Shown here: piece after piece, positions 36,828 through 50,770 of the stretch
Layout of the letters: the number at the start of each line of letters is the position of its first letter
Position numbering within the stretch: the first letter of the stretch is position 1
From: Rhizophagus irregularis
Taxonomy: Eukaryota
NCBI RefSeq assembly: GCF_026210795.1
Contig: NC_089436.1
Span: 62,001 to 126,000, forward strand
Length of the DNA: 64,000 bases
Direction: 5' to 3'
Notes under the pieces: generated by a model
The model's input: only the letters and a program-made list of their open reading frames with translations
What the model was told of the DNA's origin: nothing
The model's database searches: none
Translations under genes and position numbers: made by a program

Positions 36828-39672
36828 CAGGGTTGGGAATTGTACTAGTACAGTACTAGTACAGTATAGTAGAGTACTAAGTACTGTACTTGTACTTGAA
36901 AATTTAGTACAAATACAATTTTAGTACATACTATTAATTTTTTTTTTTTATTTTTTAAAACTGTAATGCATCTTTATTAGAATCTTGATAAAAATTTATA
37001 CTACTCTAATATAAAAGATACCTAGAGCCAACCGTGTCAAGCACGTGCCAACCCTATAACAGAGTAATTTTCGAACAAAAAAAATACATTACAGAAAAAT
37101 TATAAAATAAAATAAATATTATACCGAATAAAACAGGCAAACTAAGCTATTTGTGAAACCTAACTATTTATAATCACTTTAATGTGCAGGAAAAAGGATG
37201 AAATATGTAATAATGTTGAGTACTGTGCATATGACAGCCTCTAAAAGATGAGTTCTAATGACCCCACACTCAACTAAATTTATTCCACCTAATCTTCCTT
37301 ATCCTACAAAAATAAAAGTTAGTATTCTACCCTACTATTACTAAAAGAAAAAGTTATATATATTTTTATTTTTGTTATCGGGATAAATTTTTTACGTGAA
37401 TCATGTGACTTCGATTAAAAATATATTTCCTTCCCTTTTGTTCATTCTTCTATCATTTCTAATTCTTCTTGTTGCCCTTTTTCTTCTTCTTTTTTCTGCT
37501 TTTTTTCTTTGGTGATGATGTTGATGCTATGGCTTCTTCCTCTTCTTTCTCATCTTCTTCTCTAATCTCATCTTTCATCGTAAACTGGATTTCCTGATTC
37601 TGAGAATTTTGCAGATTAGTTACCCAGCATTCCGAGGGAGATGTATTCTCTTCATCAACGTAGTCATTATTCTCTGTTTCACTCTCTTTCTTCAGAGATT
37701 CCAGTAATAGTCTCTTTTCTCCAGTTTTATTATTATTTTGGTAGCGATTTTCAATTTCCATTCTTTGTTTGAAATTATCGTTTAGGGTTGTATATTCTGT
37801 GAATATTTGCGTTTGTTCCGCTAAACCTATAATTTTTTGTCCTAATCGGAAAAAATTGTTTTTTGTCAAAACCCAAGCCTTTGCTTCCTCCCAAGTCCTT
37901 ATATTATTCTCCTTGCGTAGTTCGTCCACAACCTCAATATTGATTTTTTCCCATTCCATTTCGTTGGACGTTTGAATGAAAATATCTTTCACTTTCTTTA
38001 ATTTGTCGACCAGAGATCCATCGAAGGTTGATTCTTGATACTGAACATAATTAATTTTATTTGTTGTTCTGTGATCTTTTATGATTTCAACCACCTCTTC
38101 TGGTGCTACGTTATCTTTCTTCAGGTGAGATTGCATTCTTTTATTTTCTGATTTGTCATTATGGTCTGGAATATCCTCTTCTCTAACTCTCCAATTTTTG
38201 ATCATATCAACTACTTTTTCTTCGTCTGGCGTTTTGTTTGTCCTTATTGGCTTTTCTTCCTTTGATGGATGCAACAAGCTATCTTTTTGTGAAGCGAAAT
38301 TTCCTAGTTCTCTATAAATTCTCTCTGGTGGTGTCATGGGTGTCATCGGTTCACTAGCCGGTCGTAGAAGCGATCCCAACCCTGGTTTCATTGCTGTCTC
38401 CTTATCCTGAATTACCTTCTCATTCAGTTTCTTTATTCTCGACTTGTCATCACCATCTTTGTATATCGTCTTCTTATTTTTCACTAACCAAATAAACTCT
38501 ATTGATATTTTCTTGAGTGTATGAATCCTCAACTGCTTCTTCCATTTCTTTGAGATTCTTGAAATATCCTATCACTTTCCAATTTTTTGTGATCTTGATA
38601 ATTTTGATGAATGCTGTCTTGGAAGTTTGCTGCAGTTGTTTCGTAAAGTCGTATATATTTCCCTTCTTTATCAATTCTATTTCTTCGTTAGTTAGGTCTC
38701 TCACAGTCTGCCATTAATCCCGTTCTTGACGTCCTTTTAACCCTAGTATCACGTCATACTATCTGATGAAATTTTTGCTAATACAAATCCCAAAATGTCC
38801 ATCTTTGAAAGTTTATTCAAAATTTGCATTCAAAGATATTTTTGCCTTAACGGTTTTGTATTTGTATTATCCTCTTACTTGCAGTCTAAAAACCGTTCCT
38901 ATTTTCATTAGATTCGTTCTTACGTCTTCTTCGCTCCAATATTTTGGTATATCATAGAAAAATATGTCACGTGCTTTCTTGGCCTATAGGTATTTTCTGG
39001 TAAAACTGGTATTTCTACAATTTCTTCCTGTTTTCTCCTATTTGATGTCGATCTTCCTTTTTTAGATTTCTTCAGCTGATCGATTTCTTTGTTGACGCCA
39101 GTCTTAACCTTTTTAGTTCTGATCTCGTTTTCTCTACTTCTTGCGAAATTTTTCTTATTTGTTCATTTTTCTGCGATATTATTCGTTCTTGTATTTTCTC
39201 CATCTTGCCTTTCCTGTCTATCATGTGATCTTTCTGCCGCAACTTTGAATTTTCCCATGAGAGTCTTTTTATTTCATCTATGTAAACGTCGAAAGACGTT
39301 GCTGAACACTTTAAAACTATTTCTTTTATAGCTTCTTTTCTGCGTACAGCGTTATTATTCTGTATCGACTCCAGGAAGTTCTGTTCAGTTTTGCTGAGAC
39401 TACTGTCTCTTCGTACTCTTTCTTGGTCTTTTGTTGTAGTTCTCGAGTTCATACTGAAAAAATTATTTGTAGTACATACTATTAATAAATTTTATTGGTT
39501 AATTTTATAAATATAAACAATATTGATCACATGATATCTACCTAAAATGGTTAAATTATATCCTAAAAAGTAATAATTGTATTAGTACAGTGTACTTAGT
39601 ACTTGTACGAAATTTTTACTAGTACAGTACGTACTAGAATTTTGCTAGTACAGGTATATTACCACAACCCTG
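36828..39672. mobile_element. hAT-type MITE (~300 bp of own sequence) carrying a nested retroposon
   Basis: 8-bp TSD GCCTAGTA (36820-27, 39673-80); TIR CAGGGTTG; AGTAC subterminal repeats. Confidence 0.9.
36939..39469 (-). mobile_element. Non-autonomous poly(A) retroposon encoding only a LINE ORF1-like protein
   Basis: 17-bp TSD TAGTACATACTATTAAT (36922-38, 39470-86); poly(A) tail; ATG at 39452; frameshifted ORF ending at 37459 with RRM-like RDIFFYDIPKYWSEEDVRTNLMKIGTV; no RT or endonuclease motifs. Confidence 0.8.
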
Positions 39673-39901
39673 GCCTAGTATATTTAATAAATCGTTAGAA
39701 AATAGGAAGACTGATGAATTCTTAGTCTTAGTGAGTAAGAAAAAGGTAAGTGATATGATGAGACAGAGAAACAGGGAGAAGAAGTTTTTGCATAAGTCAG
39801 CACTTTTATGCCAAAATCAGAACAAGCATTCAACTTCTCAAAATACTTCTAATATATTCCTTGAAGACCCCAATGATTTGTAAAAACTGAAGCTAACAAA
39901 A

Positions 39902-40193
39902 TAGTGTTTGGAATTATGTAACAGTTATTCGAATAACTCGAGTATATTCGAGTATTCGAATAAGCATAGTGGTTATTCGAGTATTCATTTAGCCATATAT
40001 AGTATAGTTAAAATTCTAATTGGGCATTAAATCCTTAAATTTAACTGCGGGGTTAAAATCATAATTCAGGCTAAAAATTATGTAAATCATTACTATAAAA
40101 GGAAATTTAACTTATTCGAATATTATTCGAATACACTTTATAAATTTAAATGAATACTCGAGTATATTCGAATATATTCGATTCCAAACACTA
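39902..40193. mobile_element. hAT-type MITE (292 bp)
   Basis: TIR TAGTGTTTGGAAT; TSD TAACAAA(A/G), 7 of 8 matching; ATTCGAAT subterminal repeats. Confidence 0.85.
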
Positions 40194-40623
40194 TAACAAA
40201 GCAATTCACAATCATTGGGAGAAACGATACCAGAAGTAACATTTCAAATACTACCCAAAGAAACTAAGGTTTCCCACAATTATATAATAGCCCAAGATTT
40301 TATACAAGATGTGACTTCGAAGTTGATAGATGAAGATGATATACAAATTATTATGAGAATCAGAAGCTTACAACTAACATGACAATAGAAGTTGAGCTTG
40401 CTCATTTATTTCTAAAAGTAAATATTGAAGGAAAGAACATTACGCAGGCTAAACAAAAAGAGATTTTATGTTGCCAACCAATTTGATCTACTATTAATAA
40501 ACAAGTTAAATTTTAAATGTACTTTTACTAAATACAATAGCCTTTAGTCATTTATTATCAAAACTCTTCATAATCAACTACTTATAGCCACGTGTTTAAA
40601 GCAAAAAAAACCTATTCTATATA

Positions 40624-41423
40624 CAGTGCAGTACCTCTATAACCAACCCAATTTTATAGTCATAATGTGACATTTTCAAAAAGATGTCCACATTAGCAAA
40701 AAAATAATATTTTAAAATTTACATATTTTACGGTGCAGTATACATAACCAACCCAATTTTATAGTCGTAATGTGACGTTTTCGAAAAAGATGTCGCATTA
40801 GCAAAAAATAATATTTTAAAATTCTAACCAATAATTTTAATAAAGCATATCAAGAGCTTTTAAACTTATCGGGTTAGATTAAAAAATAATAAATTTTGCT
40901 AGTGCTACATAAGTTTGAAGTTCGGGTAATTTATTATAATGGGAAAAATTTGAGAATAAGTGATTTTTGTATAACATAAAAAAAAATAATCATTTGATAG
41001 TGCTTATTCAAATAAATCATTTTAGCTTATAAACTTACCCATACTTTGTTAAAAAAATTTTGAAAAAAAATTCAAAAAAAATTTTGGTAGTTTTTATTTA
41101 TTACAAATTATATTATATCTATTTCTCAAAAAGGAATCATGGGAAAACTTGCTAAAAAAAATATAAATCCCATAGAAAAGTTCCTGATAATATACTTAAT
41201 CAAATTACTTTAAATAATTATAATGAATAATAAATTATATATAAAAAATTATGCATAATTCTAATTAACATTAGGTATTGCATCAGCCAATCAAATTTAT
41301 TTTAAGTCATGTGATTTTGTATTATATCAGCAAAAAAAATTGAGAAAATTTTTAAAATTTTATAAAATTCTGACCATTAGATCACAAGATATAAGAGGTA
41401 CCTATTATAGAGGTACCGCACTG
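40624..41423 (+). mobile_element. Tc1/mariner(pogo)-type MITE, copy 3, with duplicated left end
   Basis: TA TSD; the first ~100 bp repeat from ~40731; short internal deletion near 41350. Confidence 0.9.
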
Positions 41424-42461
41424 TATCAACCTTAAATGCCAATTTTATTTTATATATGAGGAAACCACACATCATTTATCAACTTGTACACAGATAGTGG
41501 ATTTTAGAACTTATTTTAGATCTGAACTTATTCATTTCCTTAATAATACTAATGAATTTCAAAAACTATCTCCTTATATTAGATCACGCATTATATACTT
41601 ACTTCTTGGTATTTCACTGGACTTATTTGAATATACTAGCTTACTTTTTAACGTCATACAGGCAAAGATCAATATAGCAGCAATCTCCCACTTGAAGATA
41701 AATCTTAAACTATCACGAGCTGATAGTGTAAATTATTAGAATTTAAAATTCTAATGCAAACCATTATTTTTTTCAAAAACTATTTATGAAAAGACAGATG
41801 TAAATGTATTATCAAATGGAAATAAGTGTGTAATATTACAGTTCAAGACAAACATTCTCTTAATCATAATTGAAACTTTAAAACCTGCTATACTAATAGA
41901 TCTGTAATCACAGAGGATGAAATTATTGTTTTAGATGGCCTTAATCCTACTACACAAATGATATATACTCCCATTTACATTTCTCCTTAATAATATTTTC
42001 AAGACTCTTTAGTCCTCATCTTTAATTGTATATCAAAAAGTACATTTTATTTATAAACCTTTATCATCACTTTATTATTTTAATATAGGAATTTGATTTG
42101 GGTAATGATTAATTGATTTAATATAATATTTATATGATTATTTATTTTATGTTAGAATTTTTGGTAGGTTTACTTTTATTATTATTATTATTTTAAATTA
42201 TTTAATTTTATTGATTTTATTTTATGATTATATTGTATATAGCTTATAATTTATTGGAAACATTTGCTATAAATAAAAAAAAAAAGTATTAAAAAATATT
42301 TAAATCTATTAAATGTTACAGAAAATATATTACATATATGGAATATTAGTCTATTCTATATTAATATAAAACTATTAAATTATGATTCTATTTATGCAAT
42401 ATAAGTCATATTTATTTAATAAAATACTTTTTTATTATATACAGTTTATAATTTTTTGTAA

Positions 42462-43579
42462 GGGGCGTGCCAGAAATTATGTGATTTAGTGGGTGGGTGG
42501 GGTCAGGTCCTGCAATCAGGTGTCACAATATACTTTTTATGGGGGTCGTCTAAAGCGGAGTCAAATCACGTGATTCGATATAATATGAGTGAACTAATTT
42601 TTTTATGAATCAAGTTTAACATAAACTTGAAAATCATAAAATAAGTGTATTTTAGCCTGCTCTACAAGTTTACTTAAGGTTAAAAGGTAGATTTTGAATA
42701 CTGGTTTTCACTTTATATATTAGCAAAAGCTTTTTTGCCGATCATATCCAAAAATGGATAGACAAAAATGAAAAGTCAAATAAATCGAAAACGGCATTCA
42801 AAACTCATTTTGTCATTCTAAGTAAACTTGCAGAGCAGGCCAAAATACACTCACTATATATGTTTAAAAGGTCGTATATATATTGCGAAAAATTTTATTT
42901 AGAAAATAATTTTTTTTCGAAGTCACGTGATTTGACTCCGCTTTAGACGTCCCCTTTTTATGGTAATAGTATATTTTTTATAAATAATATATAATTTGTT
43001 TATTAAGAAGCTTTTTTTGCAATTATCTCACCATCTAAAAGTCCAATTTTAATAATTTTTTTTTGTTTTATAAAGTATAAAGAGAGCTACAAAATAAAAA
43101 AAAAGTTTATACAAATTGAATTATTGGATAGTAAAATAATTGTATTATAATATATATATTATATATAATATATAGTAATTTATTTATTAAAAAGTTTTTT
43201 TTGCAATTAACTTACTATATAGCAGTTCAATTTTAATGAATTTTTTTTTGTTTTGTAAAGCATAAAGAGGTCTACAAAACAAAAAAAAGTTTATTGTATT
43301 ATAATATATATATAATATATGCTAATTTATTTATTAATAAGCTTTTTTGCAATTATTTTATCATCTAGCAGTCAAATTTTTTTTTTATTTTATAAAGCAT
43401 AAATGGAGCTACAAAACAAAAAAAAGTTTATGCAAATTGGATTATTAAATAGCAAACTAATTGTATTTTAATATATATATTAATATTATACTGTATGTAT
43501 TTTTTTAGCCAATCAGAATTCAATCACATAGTGGGTAAGGGGATCATTGAGCATAATCACGTGATTTCTGGTATGCCCC
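42462..43579. mobile_element. PIF/Harbinger (Tourist-like) MITE with internal ~170-bp triplicated unit
   Basis: TAA TSD; TIR GGGGCGTGCCAGAAAT / ATTTCTGGTATGCCCC. Confidence 0.8.
42542..42954. mobile_element. MULE-like MITE nested in the Harbinger MITE
   Basis: ~32-bp TIR GGGG(T/A)CGTCTAAAGCGGAGTCAAATCACGTGA; TSD TTTTTATG (8 bp; 10 bp CTTTTTATGG if the ends are trimmed by 1). Confidence 0.85.
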
Positions 43580-43833
43580 TAATAATGGGTCAGATTAACA
43601 AATATATTAAACTTTATAAATGTGAGTCATTATTTCACATGAGAAATTATGACAATAGAAACTTTAAACTTGGCATCTGATTGCATTAATTATATGTCTT
43701 ATGTTTAGGAACCGTAAAATTTTTAATCACATAATAATGATATACACAATCACATGCAGATTCATGTGATTAACACCATATAAGTTGTATATAAACCTTT
43801 TTCTTTGTTTTACATTCTCATTATATAGCCAAG

Positions 43834-44760
43834 ATGTATACTAATATAGAACGAAAAAATGATAACAACAAAAACAATAAAATCTGCTTTATCTGCAAAC
43901 AGTACAGACATTCCACGAGGTACTGTAGAGCACCAAGATTCAAACCACTCGCAACTAGAAAAAGCCAAAATACACGCATTTCTAAACGTACAGGTATTTA
44001 TCTAATTATAATTGTAACAAAATTTAAGTATATTTAATATGTTCGTCTTCAAATGCAAATAAAGGAAACCAAAGAAAGTACAAAAAGTAGCATGGAGTGA
44101 AGAAGATGAGGTAAGCAGTTCTTCAGTTGCCAAAGAAATCCACGTATCTAATCTTGCTTGAATCTTTCATCATTAAGACACATCACCAAGCACTCATCAA
44201 GTGTGCCAGGGCATACACTAAAGCTGAATAGGAAGTTCTCTCCATTCCAGATATTTCAGCCATCAGAAACATACAATATGCAGTGTCTCTCCTTAATGAA
44301 CAAAATAAAGCTGAAATCTGGCCAGATTAGTTCAAGCCAGAATACGATCTCTCACTTATAGAGTCTTCAGTAAAGTAAGTCAATTGTCCTCTTGCTTTTT
44401 CTTTTTACCTTTATTTCTAATTTTATATATTTAAAAAGAGGCCTTAGTTGCAGCCAAAATCCTGGGAGAACTCTCAGACTTAATAGCAAAATTAATTGAA
44501 GAGCTTAATTATGATTTTTATTGGGCTGTTAATGAAACCTCAAAAATTTTTTCAAAAGTTCAGGAAGATTCATACGATGGCGATGATCTTAAAGATTATG
44601 ACCTTGGAGAGCGTGATAACTCTATGGAAGGTTTGTACACCAAAAAGTGTATATCTATCGATTCTAACATTTAAATAACATATTAACAAGCTATTATATC
44701 AACAAATTAGTCGATGATACGTCATCACCTGTGCCTCCACAACATGAATAAGGATGTTGA
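43834..44760 (+). pseudogene. Small multi-exon hypothetical gene or relic with a degenerate zinc knuckle
   Basis: CFICKQYRHSTRYC; GT-AG intron-like AT-rich breaks; frame disruptions. Confidence 0.3.
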
Positions 44761-45557
44761 AAGAAGTATAAATACTATCTTTAACTTTTAATTGTTCGTA
44801 ATTAATTTAGAATAAATAAAAATTAATGGCAATTTACATAGTTTTTTACTTGTGTATTCTTGTATAAGTGTGTTTGTATAATAATATTTTCTGATTCAGA
44901 TTTTTCATTGCAACAAAAATTTTGTGATAAATGTGTATTACAGGATGCGATAGAACTATTAATTCAATATGTGAATCAAGTCAAAAGAAGTGCACCTTCA
45001 TAATGAACTGCAATATTAAGAAGTCATTTTATTTCATTTTTTTACTTAGCCATTCTAATGTATTATTTTACAAAAATATAATAAAGATTTTATTTGGAAT
45101 TTTTTAAATGTGTATATATTTTACAAGTGATAAATTTGAATATGATATTTATAATAGTATAAGTTCGTCATAAAGCAATAAACAGCTATAATTTACTAAA
45201 AACGCTAAATTCGCTATAAATCATTAAATCATTTAAAATAATTATGTCAGGATTTAAGATTAATATCATTTTTAATCGATTTAATAAGGCTATGCGCCTA
45301 TGTCTATTAATAATCAGCCTGGATCAGAATAACAATGATCGTAAAATGAGAATACAAATGCAAATAAAAAAGTTGAATATATTTGAACTGCTGAGCAGCT
45401 TGATAATATAACTGTCCGACCAAGAGTGAAAAATTTTGGTGCAGTGGATCTATTCATTATGCCGAATTATATGTTTCAATTTATGGTGCTTTAAAACCAC
45501 CTCATCAAACAAAAGAGCTAGTCAAAATAATTCCAAATATGCTAGCCTACAAAAGGG

Positions 45558-46358
45558 AGCATAGCGAACATGCTTATTATCACATGCTGATCATTTGCCG
45601 ATCATAATATATATGACATCACATTAACTTTGAAGCATTATTTCAAACCATAAATGTGTAAAAAAATCACATTAAATTATTTTATTTAATAGTTTAAAGT
45701 ATTAACAGTTTAATATAAAAATTTTGTGCCAAAATAAAATGTAATGCCAAAGTTAGTTTTAGGCCAAATTTTTCAATTAATTAATATATGCCAATCATCT
45801 TTTAATCAGACTTTGAAGCTTCGGGTGAAGCTACAGAAGTTTGGGCAAAACTTGAAATTTTTATGAGTTATAGATTAATGTCTTTAAAATTAATGGCCGA
45901 AGTAACACAACATAATTTTAGGTAACACAAAAGTTATGGCCAAATTAATATTTGCAATTATTAATACTAATAATATTACTATTTAATTTAGTACAAAATT
46001 TTAAAATGCAATAACTTCGCCAATATGGATCTGATGGCAATGATTTTACTACCATTCAAATCCTCTCACTGAGACCAATCTAATAGTATATAATTCATTA
46101 GAATATGTTTACTGGATCTTAAGATTATAAAATTTGAATTTTTATTTTATTTATTAATTATAAAAATTTACATTTATTGATATAATTTCTGTTAATATTG
46201 ATCAATTTTACCCTCAAAATTGTCAAATCAAACATCATTTCAGCTTTATATATTAACAAGATAGTATTTTTTTATGTGACAATATTGAAAAGATGATTAA
46301 TAAATGATCGGCAAATGATCGGCAATAATGTGACAATATAAGGGATGTTCGCTATGCT
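45558..46358. mobile_element. MULE-like MITE (~800 bp)
   Basis: TIR AGCATAGCGAACAT with inner TGATCATTTGCCGATCAT inverted repeat; 9-bp TSD ACAAAAGGG (45549-57, 46359-67). Confidence 0.8.
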
Positions 46359-46749
46359 ACAAAAGGGATGGTAATGCAAAATTCGACTTGTGTTTGTAGT
46401 TCCAGATGACATATATGATGGCTTCAAGCTAACGCCAAAGAAAAATATTGATGATTTTATTGATGTCGAACGATTATCTCCTTTTCTCAATAACGTGGAA
46501 CAGTGGGTATTGAAAATTGATTTGTCTATGCAACTATAAGTGGAATCATGAATTAATAATTGTTGGATGCTTATTTTAAGGGCTACGTTCCAATCCTATT
46601 TTTTGCATGTACAAATGTACAATTAAATTTGCGTAATCACATGTAATCTACTAATAATATAGAATAAAAAATAATAAAATTTAAATTTAATAAATTTACA
46701 ATAAAAAATATTTCAGAATAATATTCAACAATAATTTATTAAATTGAAC

Positions 46750-47663
46750 CTTTTTCAAAAAAAAAATTTGTACTGAATCAAGTTGATTATCATTTTTTTT
46801 TTGTAAATAGTCCAAACCGTTGGCTATTTGATCATAGCTAAATACCAATTCAGCCTTAAATTCCGGGTGCGGGATTGCTGTTTTAAAAGAAACCAACATT
46901 GAAAGTGCAGGCGAAGAAATTAATGTTCTGGTAAAACAATTGACATGAATTTCCTTTTTATTGACTAATCCATATATTTATTTTTATACATTATTAATAT
47001 ATCACTGCACTATGCTACAAACATATCGGGAAAGTAAATTTATAAAATTTAAAATATTTGCTGTAATTTATTTTTTTTATTCATCATTAACTAATTTATT
47101 GGTAATGACTAAATTTTCATCGATCCAATCAGCACACAAAAATTGTACCCAAAGTATAGACAATAAAAGAAAAGACCACATTGATAATAAATTAGCGGTT
47201 CTTATTTGACATGCTATTCTATTTTCTGCAAACATATATTCGTATGTTGATGGACAGAAAAATGGAATATTATTCATCTCATTCCACGTATAATGCGTGT
47301 ATAAGACTGTCATAAAAGAATGTATTTAAAAATTAAATCATTTTTTATAATTATTATAATTTTATAAATATGATAATTACTTGCAATAATTATCCATAGC
47401 AAAAGTAACCACCTATTTTAAAATAATAAATTTAGTAATTTCTTTTTTTAAAAAGTAAATCAATTTCAGATTTCAGAATAATATATTTCAATAATAAATA
47501 CATTAAAATTTTTTGTAATCCATGTTTCGATATCGTCGATCCAAAACAACAATTTGCTATAATTAGACTTATTAACAAAACTGAAATTCTGCAAAGTTAG
47601 AGATATGAATAATATTCGATCATTATAAATATCAAATCTTACATGGACCAAAAATCGCGACAA
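46750..47663 (-). CDS. Hypothetical multi-exon membrane protein, boundaries uncertain
   Basis: Coding-like segments (CPSTYEY...IACQIRTANLLSMWSFLLL; HPEFKAELVFSYDQI) separated by AT-rich introns. Confidence 0.4.
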
Positions 47664-48462
47664 CTAAATAACTAAACGGTCATATGTTAATATAATCTAA
47701 TTATCTTTTTATACGCAAATTAAAAATTTATGAACTTACGAAATTTCAAGGGCAAAGTATAACGGAAATTCTCCATTAGATCGTATAAAAAGTATGATTT
47801 TGGTAATCTCTAGTAAAATTTAAGGAAAACAAATACGTCGATAATCTACTAGACAACATAGAGAGATTAAAAACAAAGAAATTTTACTTAATTATAATTA
47901 AAAAAACTGACCGACCTAAAGCAGGACAAGCTAAAATCAAGATAAATAATGGAAGTCCTAATAAGATTCCCAAAAAATATTTACAAATTTTTTTTAATAT
48001 CATTGAATATTTTTTATGATTTATTTGATCTCTAGAATAATTTAATAACTTATAGTCCCCGGTTATTCTCGATAAAAAGGAAGTTGTACGATTGAAATTG
48101 AAAAATTAGGCTTATAAAAGGTTCTTTTTTCTTTGCGTAATTGGGGCTTAGACATTATTTGTCTAAGCCATAATATGTGCCGAATGTGCCGTGCCTCAAG
48201 ACAATTTATGCTGCGGAATTTCTTAATATTTTTTTATAGGTGGATTTTAATATACTAATACTATAATTACGTTTGCTTATTGCCCATTGTTCCGACAATA
48301 AAAGTCATAAATGACTCATTTTACCATATATTAGCCAAATATGTCAATTATTAATAAGTGGATTTGTCTTAATCTCGAAAACCTTTTTTTTTCTTTTCTT
48401 ATGATATTCTACGCCATTTTTCCATTTTTTGTAGATATTTCCAACTTTCTACAAACTAAATA

Positions 48463-49849
48463 ATGGCAAAAATTAAACAAATAAAACCATCTGATAGAAA
48501 GAAGTTGTATCCTTACATGGATGAAAAGGAAGTGAGACTTATAAAGTTATTTAATAACGTTTTCGTTCTTTTTTTTTTATCTCGTATTTTATTTACATAT
48601 AAATATATAAATATATACGTATTTATTTATTCAGCTACCAAACTGGGATCCGACATGGTGTTATCCAGATGATGATGAAAAAATGATGATCGCAGCTTGG
48701 GATTGTTGGGATATAAATCATAACACCTTCGAAAGATCATCAACTACTTCATTGATCGAATCAAGTTCAAAAACTGACATCCAGAAATATTTTGATCTTA
48801 CTAATTGCGACAATAAACCAATCACGAAATTTAATCAACCCAAAGTGTCAAAGCCTATTCAGGCGTCTAATGCTAAAGGTCTCGTTGATATGAAAATATC
48901 TTTTCCCAAAGATGATCTTATTCATTCCGATAATTATGAAAAAACATTAAAATATATTGAAACAAGTCAACGAGAAACTTTGATTAAGTCTGATGGAGAA
49001 AATCATCTTCATAAATTTTCTGCCAAAAATGATACAACTTTAATTTTCGAAGACTCGAAATCTTTAAATTTGACATCTGCACATGAGGAGTAGTGATTTT
49101 AATAATTTTTTCATTTGTTAATTTAAAAAAAAATTTTATCATTAATGAGTATATACGTTCATTTTTACATAGTACTAAAGTTGTGCCATTATTCTCCTCG
49201 AAGTTGGTTGAGTCAAGAAAAGAAGTTCGCTTCAATTTCGATGCTTTTAAATTTGAATTGCAGGAAAATAGGCAAATAAATAAAGAAATATTAATTTATT
49301 TTTATTTTATTATTTTTTTTATTTTGAAAAAAAAAAAAATTTTAATTCAATATTTTTAATTGCTGTCATTAGAAGTACAAATCCGATTAAGGAAATTTCT
49401 AATCCGTCAAACAATATGATGCAGCAAATGAAAATAGTTAAGGAACATAGGTTAGTTCATTTAGATGTACATACTTACTTAAAAATTTCAATTATATAAT
49501 AATAAATCCAAATCATTAAATAACAGAGAATACGAATATAACAAAAAGGAAGAGAACATTTCCTTTCAATCTCAACCTGTCAGCGTTTTGATCGATTTAA
49601 ATGGATTAGATGATTGGCTTAATAAGACTACTACTTCCAAAAATAATCAATTGGAGCAAAAATGGTATCAAACAGAAGCGGATAAAACAAGAAAAAATAA
49701 TTTTAATTTGAATGATAAGGTAAAAAACGATATAGTTTAAACCAATTATAATTTTAAATTTTTAAGTAACTAATATTTGTTTATTTTTTTTTTTATAATA
49801 GGTTAGTTATGAAGATTTGTTGGAATTTGACTTGTTGATGCAAAAATAA
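48463..49849 (+). CDS. Hypothetical multi-exon protein
   Basis: ATG at 48463; GT-AG introns; open exon 48634-49090; terminal exon ...VSYEDLLEFDLLMQK*. Confidence 0.55.
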
Positions 49850-50487
49850 TTATTTTTTCCTTTGATTACACTTGTTTTATTTATTTGTGCATACATATTT
49901 TATAATTAGCGTATTCTTCATTTACTTATTAAATGTAATATAGCAGAGTATATTTGTTATCAGCTTCATAAAATCATATTATCGGAGAATCTTCAACTGA
50001 ATTACTTTATTTGAGCATTGTATTTGCTACTTATTAGCTTCATTATAAATTTATTTCGATAAAAAATTGACCTATGATAATAAAGAGTCATTTCGTGTTG
50101 TTTAAAAACAGCACTTAAAGTATTTATTTGTTTTATTCCATAGTTTATTTTATTTTGATGATTTAAGATAAGCAGCAGAAAACTTTAAAACGTAATCTTA
50201 ATAATTATTACGACGCATTTAAAGGTACTTTGGTCCACAATAATTTCATTTAGTTTGGTCATTTTGCAAGTAAAAGAATGTAATAATCTTATACTTTCTA
50301 CCTTTTATCAATTAATAAATATCATAAATATCCCCACTCTGTAGGTTGTGCCGTTTCATTATGCAAATTATAGGGGGAACAAGAGTAATAATGAATGATT
50401 AGGATTAGGGTTAGGTTTAGGGTTTGTCCGGAGAAAATCTAATTGTCACCGTTATATGTCACGGCTTATGGTATACAGGGTTAAGAC

Positions 50488-50770
50488 AGGACCTGGAAAA
50501 CTATATAATTATAAAGGTTACCGCCAAAAAATCAAAAAAAAATAGGAGTGCGAACCATAATATGATTGGTTGTTTTGCTGTTTACTCACATGTTTCTATT
50601 TCAAATATAGTAATAGGGCCAAGAAAGGAAAGATTTTCACAAAAAAATTCTTATTGTTGCGAACCAACACGTGACTTTTACTAATTAATTTGGCGGTGAC
50701 CTTTTTGAAAATTAATTATAGCCTCGAATCATGTTTGGCGGTAACCCCTATTAGAAGTTTTCCAGGTCCT
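50488..50770. mobile_element. MITE with AGGACC termini, family B (283 bp)
   Basis: TIR AGGACCTGGAAAACT with inner GGTTACCGCCAAA inverted repeat; 8-bp TSD GTTAAGAC. Confidence 0.88.

Larger units (their letters stand above)
36590..40470 (+). pseudogene. Decayed coiled-coil hypothetical gene, split by nested insertions
   Basis: ENAEIKAENAK...LKQAIEENEARLAKLEQ at 36620-36730; coding-like sequence resumes after 39680 with many stops. Confidence 0.4.

Noticed and set aside
50396..50426. Telomere-like TTAGGG repeats
   Set aside because: Only about four degenerate units, internal; not a telomere
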